IMG/VR virus record: IMGVR_UViG_2703718777_000029
Span: 1 to 16,352 of that record
DNA from: a virus
Taxonomy: Duplodnaviria; Heunggongvirae; Uroviricota; Caudoviricetes
Reading direction: 5' to 3' (one strand)
Length of the DNA: 16,352 nucleotides
Part shown: piece after piece, positions 1 through 6,773 of the stretch
How positions within the stretch are numbered: position 1 is the stretch's first letter
Layout of the letters: every line of letters starts with the position of its first letter
Program-made: the position numbers and the translations under genes
Notes under the pieces: generated by a model
The model's database searches: none
What the model saw: only the letters and a program-made list of their open reading frames with translations
Told to the model about the DNA's origin: nothing

Positions 1-426
1 TTAAAACTCTGCTTTCATTTTATCCGGGAATTTTTTATTTGCAGCATAATAACTACCAAGTATATAAGCGTTCATTTGCTGCTCTACATCAACCCGACAT
101 GCAGCACTAGAACAAGCACCACTGATAAGCCCAAAAGAACTCCCTTTAGCAGAGAGATCAGCTTTAATTTCCTCTACAGTGTTTTTCCCCATAGCAACTA
201 CACACCCTGTAACAATATATCTAGCCTTCACATCATCCATGCTAAGGATAGTGGTTTTCGCAATTTTGCTGTATCCATCATTTTTATAAACATCCATGGC
301 AAACGCACGGCAATCTGTATAATACGGACTTGCTTTAACTTGCGAATACTCAGGTAATTTCATACCTGCACAACCAACTAAACAAAAACCTATCGCTGCT
401 ATTAATACCTTTTTCATTACACTCAT
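1..426 (-). CDS. Putative lipoprotein (late-region moron), 141 aa; start may be the second ATG at 417
   Basis: N-terminus MSVMKKVLIAAIGFCLVGCAG has a basic n-region, hydrophobic core and an LVGC lipobox. The gene is visibly AT-rich compared with flanking phage genes and sits just downstream of the Q-associated terminator. Stop TAA at 1-3. No family recognised. Confidence 0.6.
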   Translation of the reverse strand: MSVMKKVLIAAIGFCLVGCAGMKLPEYSQVKASPYYTDCRAFAMDVYKNDGYSKIAKTTILSMDDVKARYIVTGCVVAMGKNTVEEIKADLSAKGSSFGLISGACSSAACRVDVEQQMNAYILGSYYAANKKFPDKMKAEF

Positions 427-573
427 AACCTAGAAGCATCATTGAAACTAATTTATTAAATATTCATCGAGTTTCTGGAATACAGACGTTACCCATCTCT
501 CCAAAATCTAAAAGATAATAAGAAAAAATGTTTAACGTACCAATCCATTTCATAGTTTCATGAGACATCAGGC

Positions 574-600
574 ACAAAAAAACCCGCTCAGCGGCGGGTT
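574..600 (-). terminator. Intrinsic terminator downstream of Q (tR'-like)
   Basis: On the minus strand: stem CCCGC (plus 594-598 / 583-587) with a 6-nt loop, extended by A-T pairs, followed by a run of 7 U (plus A-run 576-582). Lies about 105 nt downstream of the Q stop. Confidence 0.75.
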
Positions 601-646
601 CTTAAATCTTATCAACGGTAGACATACAAAGCCCATCGTTGGGAAA

Positions 647-675
647 ATCTTATCCATATTTTTTGAAAAATGCAA
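647..675 (-). promoter_or_regulatory. Candidate late promoter (PR'-like) between Q and the terminator
   Basis: Minus strand TTGCAT (675..670), 17-nt spacer, TAAGAT (652..647). Both hexamers are weak matches and the position is inferred by analogy to lambda PR'/qut. Confidence 0.25.
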
Positions 676-706
676 GCATCATGTCGCCATCTTCGGCGAA
701 AATCAT

Positions 707-1459
707 TTATCTTGTCACTTTTCTCAATTGTGTCTCTGCATATGCTTCTTCCTGCCAGCACTTTGTAACCAGTTTATCAATGATATCTGCATATCCTTTG
801 TACCACTGATAATCCGTCAGGGCAGGTACCAGCTTCTGGACATGATGCCGCGCCAGTGTGGTTGGTAAACGGCTAAACCGGTTACCATTGCAACGCCCAC
901 AAATCTTATAAACAGGCGTACCATGAAGCCGGGTTCTTTTTTCATCCAGGACAATACCTTTACCCTTACACCCTCTGCACGCTGTGCTGACTTCTCCCTT
1001 ACCATGACAATGCTGACATAGTTCCTTCACCCACTCTTCCTTGATAACAGATTCCCCGCTTCTGGAGTGTTTCACCACCTCGCGCAATACATTATGAAAT
1101 CCAGTACCAGCACAATGCTCACAGCGAGCCTTACTTGCCGCAGACCTGGAATAATCAGCAAAGGCAAAATTCACAAGGTAAGGGATGATCTGTAACCGGG
1201 TTTCTTCACTCAATTTATTCAATGTCGGGTTATCCAGTGCCATCGCGTAATTGAGCAGACCTTCAATCGCAAACTGAGGATCCTGAACACCAACTTTTGC
1301 CAGGAATAAGGCAAAACCCAGTGGTGCTTTCGACTGCACCATCCCCTGCGCAGCAATTACATCCGTAATTGTTAAACCACCAGAGCCTGTCGCCGGTGCG
1401 TCATCACTCAGTTTTGGAGATTTTGGGGAGTAATATTTTGGTAAGGCTTCAAGGTTCAT
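707..1459 (-). CDS. Late-gene antitermination protein Q-like (QuuQ-like), 250 aa
   Basis: ATG at 1459 preceded by GGAGAA at 7-nt spacing. Cys-rich central region with four CxxCxGxG-type motifs (CEHCAGTG, CQHCHGKG, CRGCKGKG, CGRCNGNR). Position immediately upstream of a strong intrinsic terminator and downstream of a DUF968 gene matches the Qin prophage ydfU-quuQ arrangement as remembered. Confidence 0.65.
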   Translation of the reverse strand: MNLEALPKYYSPKSPKLSDDAPATGSGGLTITDVIAAQGMVQSKAPLGFALFLAKVGVQDPQFAIEGLLNYAMALDNPTLNKLSEETRLQIIPYLVNFAFADYSRSAASKARCEHCAGTGFHNVLREVVKHSRSGESVIKEEWVKELCQHCHGKGEVSTACRGCKGKGIVLDEKRTRLHGTPVYKICGRCNGNRFSRLPTTLARHHVQKLVPALTDYQWYKGYADIIDKLVTKCWQEEAYAETQLRKVTR

Positions 1460-1472
1460 GCTCGTTCTCCAC

Positions 1473-2468
1473 TTACGCCAGTACGCCTATTGCCAGCGCA
1501 CGATCGATAAAACGAAATATCAGCTCCAGCTGGGAGCCATACTTCTCTTCAAATGTCACGGTATCCGCATGCAGCTCGTCGTGATGCTTTCTGCACAAAG
1601 GCAACACAAAGAGATCATGCGCTTTTGTACCCATTCCACCCTGACCGTGGCCTATCAGGTGGTGGGGATCATCAGCGGGCTTTCCACAACATGCGCACGG
1701 CTGCGTCTTAACCCAGCGCGTGTACTTTTCATTAACCCAGCGGCGACGTTTGGGGCGTAACATAAAAGACTCCGGCGACTCCGGATCCACTTTCAGCGCC
1801 AGCACCTTTTTCGCTTTATCCTGGATGATGCTGGTGGCAGGAACCGAAGGCACAAGGTCACTTTCCCGGGTGACAGACGGCACAACAGGCTTCGGTAATC
1901 TCAGTGCCTTACGGGCTGCACTTTCCGGTAAGGCATCCGCCAGGTCATTACGAATCAGCCACCAGCACAGTTCCGGCATTGTCACAACGTGACTGTCATC
2001 AAAACCGAGATCCCGACGCACAACAGACAACACCCAGCGGGCACAGTTATCCGTTGCCATTGATTCCAGCCGTTCCGTGAACTGATCGCGCAGCTGGTTA
2101 TCGCAGTGCCAGCACAGACGGATTGCACCCGGAGCGTGTCGCATTGTGGTCATGTTCTCGCTGTGCCAGTCGGAATGAAGCCACTGGCAGCCTTTTTCAC
2201 GAAGTAACCAGCTTTCAAGACATTCCACGCCACCAGCACGACGGATCACTGCCTCATTGCGGAACACGGCCCGAACGGAAGGATCATCCGCCAGCGGTTG
2301 TGATGCCGCCGGAACGGCACCACTAGCGAAAGATGAATAACGTTCCGGCTCAGGCTCCAGCAGGACACGCCCCTGCATAAACAGGGGCATCAGCTCTGAA
2401 CCTGGCCTGAACAATACGATCCCCATACGCGGGGCAATTTCAGGGGTCAGTAGTGCTCTCACGGTCAC
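1473..2468 (-). CDS. DUF968 (YdfU-like) protein with C-terminal Cys/His-rich HNH-like region, 331 aa from a GTG start
   Basis: C-terminus CACCGKPADDPHHLIGHGQGGMGTKAHDLFVLPLCRKHHDELHAD. The frame opens with GTG at 2468, one nt after the KilA-N stop; the first ATG is at 2426 with no clear SD, so the start is uncertain. Confidence 0.6.
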   Translation of the reverse strand: MTVRALLTPEIAPRMGIVLFRPGSELMPLFMQGRVLLEPEPERYSSFASGAVPAASQPLADDPSVRAVFRNEAVIRRAGGVECLESWLLREKGCQWLHSDWHSENMTTMRHAPGAIRLCWHCDNQLRDQFTERLESMATDNCARWVLSVVRRDLGFDDSHVVTMPELCWWLIRNDLADALPESAARKALRLPKPVVPSVTRESDLVPSVPATSIIQDKAKKVLALKVDPESPESFMLRPKRRRWVNEKYTRWVKTQPCACCGKPADDPHHLIGHGQGGMGTKAHDLFVLPLCRKHHDELHADTVTFEEKYGSQLELIFRFIDRALAIGVLA

Positions 2469-2469
2469 C

Positions 2470-3285
2470 TCAATGAACGGTATCGAGCAGCTTTAACAGC
2501 TCAGGGAATCGGGATTCGAAGAAATGCGGCTGCGTCTCGCGCGGATTTGCGGGACTGGTGATGTTCTTGCCGAACATGCAGCCTTTCGCCGTCAGCGACC
2601 AGAATTTTTTGATGTTGTTAATCCCGGTACGGCTGTATCGTTCGCGCTGCTCGACGATCCCCAGCTTCACCATCTGGTGATATGCCTGATTAGCCGTCAG
2701 GCGGATACCATACTGCTTCAGCAGTGCACTCAGCGACAGCGTAGGGCGGCTTGAACCATCTGGCGCATCAGCAGGTGCATCAATGGCATAGATCGGCATA
2801 AGTTCAGGAAGACCAGCTACCTTTGATAATTTCTGGTATGCACCAAGTTTCGAGGAGTTTGACAGATTTAGAGTCTTTGCTGCTGATTCAAGCAGAATGA
2901 CCCCGGATTTAATTTTGTCGGATGTGGTTTCTTCTGGTGATGAATTATGAAGCGCATCAAAAGTACGTATCACTTTTAAGCTGAATGCCGGGCTGATCCA
3001 CATTGCATATGCATAGACCAGCTCTTTACAGACATACGTCCCACCATTGCGCCCCTGAATGGTGATGACAGGAATACTACGGGAATCTCCCGTAGTTTCT
3101 TCTTCCAGTAATTCCACAAGAGCCTTCGTTTCAGGACGACGCATAAACTCGTGAACTTCCAGCGAACGGGAGGAGCGATTCTCACCAGCGGCAAGAAGAG
3201 CAGCTTTCTGAAGGTCGTTAAGACAGTAGTTAGATTCAAAGTACTGGCGCACAGAAACGCCATCAATTACAAGCAACTGATTCAT
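2470..3285 (-). CDS. KilA-N domain protein (putative antirepressor-like), 271 aa
   Basis: MNQLLVIDGVSVRQYFESNYCLNDL...ITIQGRNGGTYVCKELVYAYAMWISPAFSLKVIRTFD is a KilA-N-type N-terminal domain. ATG at 3285 is preceded by GGAGAA; the track ORF extends to 3381 but that extension lacks an RBS. Confidence 0.7.
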   Translation of the reverse strand: MNQLLVIDGVSVRQYFESNYCLNDLQKAALLAAGENRSSRSLEVHEFMRRPETKALVELLEEETTGDSRSIPVITIQGRNGGTYVCKELVYAYAMWISPAFSLKVIRTFDALHNSSPEETTSDKIKSGVILLESAAKTLNLSNSSKLGAYQKLSKVAGLPELMPIYAIDAPADAPDGSSRPTLSLSALLKQYGIRLTANQAYHQMVKLGIVEQRERYSRTGINNIKKFWSLTAKGCMFGKNITSPANPRETQPHFFESRFPELLKLLDTVH

Positions 3286-3371
3286 TGGTTTCTCCACAAA
3301 TTTCGGGACTGCACTCCCTTTTCGTTGATGCAAGATGAACTTACTGCGATTTTTAATAGTTATCAAGGATA

Positions 3372-3391
3372 CACTGTTCATAAATACAGTA
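3372..3391. promoter_or_regulatory. Candidate LexA (SOS) box upstream of the KilA-N gene
   Basis: cACTGTtcataaatACAGta contains the palindromic CTGT-N8-ACAG core (3374-3389) with an AT-rich centre; about 16 of 20 positions match the E. coli LexA consensus TACTGTATATATATACAGTA. Located in the 150-bp gap between rusA and the KilA-N gene. Confidence 0.5.
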
Positions 3392-3436
3392 TCTTTAACG
3401 AGGTAATACCCAAATTTAGGGTGTTGCTCAATTCCG

Positions 3437-3832
3437 TTACCGAGTTGCTAATTTGCAACTCGCTTTTTCGTACTTACTGATAGTGATCTCGACCTTCCCT
3501 TCCGGGATAACCGGTCCCCACTCCACCAGCATTCTTTTCACCTGACTGTCGTCTTCCCACACACCCGCGTGGGTCAGGGCGTCAAACAGCGCCTTGTTAT
3601 AGTTGTCCAGATCGCGGATCCGGTTATCCGGAGGAAACAACACGATCTCCACTGATGCAGGTGCCGACGTTGGTTTTGGCAGACGACGTAACTGCTCAAC
3701 TATTGCTGCACACGCCGCGCTCTGAAATTTTCGCCCCGCCTCGCTTATCAGGCTCTTACCAGCAAATGCCACTTTGTTGGGGTGTCGCCAGTACATGTTC
3801 ACGCTGGGCGGAAAAGGCAGTATTAGCTTCAT
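3437..3832 (-). CDS. rusA: Holliday junction resolvase RusA, 131 aa
   Basis: MKLILPFPPSVNMYWRH... and RDLDNYNKALFDALTHAGVWEDDSQV match the RusA signature (compare E. coli RusA LPWPPSNNRYYRH / [26 protein letters not shown]). Start ATG overlaps the Dam stop (ATGA at 3829-3832). Confidence 0.9.
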   Translation of the reverse strand: MKLILPFPPSVNMYWRHPNKVAFAGKSLISEAGRKFQSAACAAIVEQLRRLPKPTSAPASVEIVLFPPDNRIRDLDNYNKALFDALTHAGVWEDDSQVKRMLVEWGPVIPEGKVEITISKYEKASCKLATR

Positions 3833-4482
3833 GCCACCATCTCCCTGACCAGTTTTTCCGCCTGCTGGCGAACCTGCGCCAGAAATGCCTCACCACATGC
3901 CTCAAGTTCATCGCGCCCGATGTAGCTGATTGCCGGTCCCTTCCAGGTCTTGTCGAAAACAGCAATAGCACCAGCGAAGAAAGCACCTGTTGGCACCTGC
4001 TTTTCGTCTTTCGGGATAAACCAGGCAGGCAGTTCAAAACCAATACGCCCGCGAATAAAAGCAATATGATCTGCATCTTCCGGCCACCACACTTCGCTGG
4101 TGGCAGCTTTGATCAGGAAAACATAGCGCCCGCCTTTATCACGCATGGCACTGGCATGCTTCATGATGTAACGCATGCCGGTGATGTATTGCCCCTCATG
4201 CTGACTGGCGCGGCTGTACGGGGGATTGCCAAAGGCAGCACCTTTAAGCTCCGCAAGACGTTCTGACCAGTCATGCGCCAGCGCGTTGTCTTCCGCCGTG
4301 TAATACGCGGCACATTTGGCGTTATCACCGTCAGTGAACAGATCCAGAACAAACGGACCAAACAAGGTGTTAATTCCCCAGAAAATGTTGTCCGGCGTGC
4401 GCCACTGATCGCCCACTTCCTTCAGTTCATGGGCTGGTTTGTTCCGCAGTTCTACCAGCGCCTGGCAATATTTATTACTCAT
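3829..4482 (-). CDS. Phage DNA N6-adenine methyltransferase (Dam family), 217 aa
   Basis: NPPY catalytic motif (FGNPPYS) typical of N6-adenine methyltransferases; overall resemblance to phage orphan Dam methylases. Start ATG overlaps the stop of the upstream small ORF. Confidence 0.8.
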   Translation of the reverse strand: MSNKYCQALVELRNKPAHELKEVGDQWRTPDNIFWGINTLFGPFVLDLFTDGDNAKCAAYYTAEDNALAHDWSERLAELKGAAFGNPPYSRASQHEGQYITGMRYIMKHASAMRDKGGRYVFLIKAATSEVWWPEDADHIAFIRGRIGFELPAWFIPKDEKQVPTGAFFAGAIAVFDKTWKGPAISYIGRDELEACGEAFLAQVRQQAEKLVREMVA

Positions 4483-4574
4483 TAAGCCCCCACGTAAAAA
4501 GCATCCGCAATGTCTCCGGAAGTACAGCCCGGATGGGCTTCAATGAATTTCTGAACGTCATTTAACAGACTCAT
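4482..4574 (-). CDS. Unannotated small ORF, 30 aa (MSLLNDVQKFIEAHPGCTSGDIADAFYVGA), between the replication and Dam genes
   Basis: Hand-translated from the sequence. ATG at 4574 lies 2 nt after the O-like stop, preceded by AGGGGG; its TAA overlaps the Dam ATG (TAATG at 4480-4484). Below the ORF-track length cutoff. Confidence 0.4.
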   Translation of the reverse strand: MSLLNDVQKFIEAHPGCTSGDIADAFYVGA

Positions 4575-4576
4575 GA

Positions 4577-5407
4577 TCACCCCCTGAATCCTGCCGGGAT
4601 CTGGCTGTAGTCCACGTTGTCGTAACTGGCTTTGAAGTACGGGTCCTCACGTCCGGCTACAGATACCGCAGGAACTTCCCAGGATTCTTCGAAATGACGA
4701 TCCGGACCAAAGAACGTGACAGCCTGTTTCACAAATTGTGTGCCGCTGTTACCCATCGCAGATACCCAGCCCGCGTAGCGTTTCACACCTTCCAGCATGG
4801 TTTCGGGTTTTACCCCCTCATTCAAACGGGCTTTCCAGGCTTTGAAGGCTGCAGATTTTGAATTGCCACCAGCACGTTTGGGGTATGCCAGCCATGCCTG
4901 CTCAAACTCCGGAGAGTATTCCGGTCGGTTTGAACGAACTCGCACAGACTCATCAGCAGATGCACCAACAGCTATTGGTTCATTGACTGGTTCTTTGACT
5001 GGTTCTTTGACTGGTTCAAAAGAGTGACTGGTTCTGGGTGAATCTCCTGCACTACCCCCTGGTGCAACTCCTGCACTACCTGGTGAATTTGCTGCACCAG
5101 ATAGTGAATTATTTGCACTACCCCCTAGTGAATCTCCTGCACCATCCAGATGAAGGAGATAGATATTACTTGAGTTACCTTTTTCACCTTTCCGGGTGAC
5201 TTTTTTTACCAGCCCGGACTCACAAAGGGCCGCAATATGATTCATCACAGAACGTTTGCTAATCTCGCACTGGTCAGCAATATGCTGGTAGCTGGGCCAG
5301 CACTCGCCCTGATCGCTGGCATTATCAGCCAGCTTAATCAGAACCAGTTTTCGCAATGGATTTCCCACTCGAATTTTCATCGCTTTAACCATCAGCTCCA
5401 TACTCAT
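4577..5407 (-). CDS. Replication initiator (O-like) with N-terminal winged-HTH domain and internal repeat linker, 276 aa
   Basis: N-terminal LRKLVLIKLADNASDQGECWPSYQHIADQCEISKRSVMNHIAALCESGLVKK resembles phage replication-initiator HTH domains. Central low-complexity G/S/A-rich linker and EPVKEPVKEPV are encoded by DNA repeats. ATG at 5407 has a strong GGAGGTG RBS and overlaps the upstream stop (ATGA); the track start at 5446 is a TTG. Confidence 0.65.
   Translation of the reverse strand: MSMELMVKAMKIRVGNPLRKLVLIKLADNASDQGECWPSYQHIADQCEISKRSVMNHIAALCESGLVKKVTRKGEKGNSSNIYLLHLDGAGDSLGGSANNSLSGAANSPGSAGVAPGGSAGDSPRTSHSFEPVKEPVKEPVNEPIAVGASADESVRVRSNRPEYSPEFEQAWLAYPKRAGGNSKSAAFKAWKARLNEGVKPETMLEGVKRYAGWVSAMGNSGTQFVKQAVTFFGPDRHFEESWEVPAVSVAGREDPYFKASYDNVDYSQIPAGFRG
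4983..5145. repeat. Iteron-like direct repeats inside the O-like gene (candidate origin of replication)
   Basis: Three tandem copies of TTTGACTGGTTC (4982-5017) plus a fourth TGACTGGTTC (5025-5034), then about five degenerate ~24-bp repeats of the type GAATCTCCTGCACTACCCCCTGGT (5039-5145), followed by an AT-rich stretch. Analogous to lambda ori iterons embedded in O. Confidence 0.5.
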
Positions 5408-5628
5408 GCAGCACCTCCGAGATGCTTCATGTTTTTTCCGGAGCAAAAGGCTATAAGCGGCATACTGATGCGGTAATTACGGCCCAGCGGTTCACAAATC
5501 ACCTTCTGACATTCACGGTCAACCAGGCTAACACGTAGAACATGCCCTGCAGGTGTGGTGTACCACTGACCGGGGCGAGGACAACGGAAAGTCTGATTGG
5601 TAAACCGTTTGAAAATATTCCGGATCAT
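5404..5628 (-). CDS. Hypothetical small protein, 74 aa
   Basis: ATG at 5628 preceded by AAGGGGG and overlapping the Rha stop (ATGA); its stop overlaps the O-like ATG (ATGA). No recognisable domain. Confidence 0.5.
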   Translation of the reverse strand: MIRNIFKRFTNQTFRCPRPGQWYTTPAGHVLRVSLVDRECQKVICEPLGRNYRISMPLIAFCSGKNMKHLGGAA

Positions 5629-6773
5629 TTACGCCCCCTTACCTCTGAAGAGTTCAGCGACGAATGAATAAGACGGGCAAGAAATGCCGCATCGTTAATT
5701 CGGTCATACAGACTTACAGCCAGCGGTGATTCAACTTTTGCCAACATAGGATAAAGCTGCTGCAGCCAGACCTGATGAATTGATGAAATGTAGGAATAGA
5801 GAACGTTGGCGTTATGTGCAACGTCGCTCGGTACAGAGGGCTTTGAAAGCTGTTTCTCCATCTGGTTAAAGGCATTGATGTATGCCTCTTTGAACTGGGC
5901 AGCACGTTTACCAGTGAAACCCATAGCAAGAAACGCAAAGCCGTCGCGGGTTATTTGATAGCAAGGTAGTTTGCGGCCTGTGCAATCGGTGTAATCACTC
6001 ACCGAAAAATTGCGGGCAGTGAATGATGCGGAACATTCAAGCGTGCGGATCTTTTTCAGTACATCGTCATGACGTTTGGAGAAGAAGTTGGCAACAGCCA
6101 GGGATGAAGTAACAGCCTGACCATCAACGATGGCAATTTCAGGTTGAGTGAGGGTTGGGATCGTAGCCATGATGGCAGCCTCCGTTGACTGTGGAAAACT
6201 TCCACCACCGGAGCTGCGAAACTCACTGGTGGCAGACTGAACAGGGTTCGCAGTACCGGCGTCAACGGAGACCGGCGAGCCTTTCGGCTCCCCTGCCCAG
6301 CCCACCATAATTCTGGCGTGCGTGAGCGCGGACGATAAAAAAGACGCTGGCGCGTCGTATATCGCCGTTGACAATTCCGGGCTGCGACCCCCGGCACCCG
6401 CTTTATAAGGTGCCTGAACAGTGTAACGTCCCGGAATTCCAGAATCAATATGCTGGTGGTCCTTCACACTCAACAAAATCACGCCTGAATTTCCACAAAG
6501 GACTAAAGCACTCATGTGGGTAGTCTTTGCGAAGATAGATAACGCGCTGTGTTTCTGGCTCCCAACGAATAACATGAACATAAAGTCCTCTTCCGTCACG
6601 AAACCAGCGGTTAAGTTCCTGCACAACTCGCCCCCCACAGTCAGGTAAAGTTCTCTGTGGTTACTTACAGCCAGGTGATTTGGTAATCTGCATTCATGCC
6701 GTAACAACAGGTGTTCAGAGACGCTGACCACCAGCTGTTGCGACAAACGGTTATTTGCCGTTAAACTGTTCAT
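5625..6773 (-). CDS. Rha-family phage regulatory protein; Rha domain begins at the internal ATG at 6170 (181 aa), while the open frame continues upstream to 6773 (382 aa)
   Basis: MATIPTLTQPEIAIVDGQAVTSSLAVANFFSKRHDDVLKKIRTLE... is a typical Rha N-terminus, and the ATG at 6170 has GGAGG 8 nt upstream. The frame stays open for 201 further codons upstream to an ATG at 6773 that overlaps the CII-like stop (ATGA). The 6171-6773 portion has no recognised domain. Confidence 0.65.
   Translation of the reverse strand: MNSLTANNRLSQQLVVSVSEHLLLRHECRLPNHLAVSNHRELYLTVGGELCRNLTAGFVTEEDFMFMLFVGSQKHSALSIFAKTTHMSALVLCGNSGVILLSVKDHQHIDSGIPGRYTVQAPYKAGAGGRSPELSTAIYDAPASFLSSALTHARIMVGWAGEPKGSPVSVDAGTANPVQSATSEFRSSGGGSFPQSTEAAIMATIPTLTQPEIAIVDGQAVTSSLAVANFFSKRHDDVLKKIRTLECSASFTARNFSVSDYTDCTGRKLPCYQITRDGFAFLAMGFTGKRAAQFKEAYINAFNQMEKQLSKPSVPSDVAHNANVLYSYISSIHQVWLQQLYPMLAKVESPLAVSLYDRINDAAFLARLIHSSLNSSEVRGRK

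Noticed and set aside
466-568. 33-codon minus-strand ORF (MSHETMKWIGTLNIF...) starting 8 nt after the terminator
   Set aside because: No SD, and the start is embedded in the terminator U tract. A holin was considered because of the position, but the hydrophobic segment is too short and weak.
3655-4266. 203-aa plus-strand ORF
   Set aside because: Antisense to the Dam and RusA genes, which have clear family signatures; no RBS.
5039-5145. Degenerate ~24-bp direct repeats considered as a possible CRISPR-like array
   Set aside because: The repeats are contiguous with no spacers, degenerate, and lie inside a coding sequence where they encode a G/S/A-rich linker; iterons are the better fit.
6056-6448. 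130-aa Arg-rich ORF on the minus strand
   Set aside because: Out-of-frame overlap with the Rha ORF; composition typical of an off-frame artefact; no RBS.
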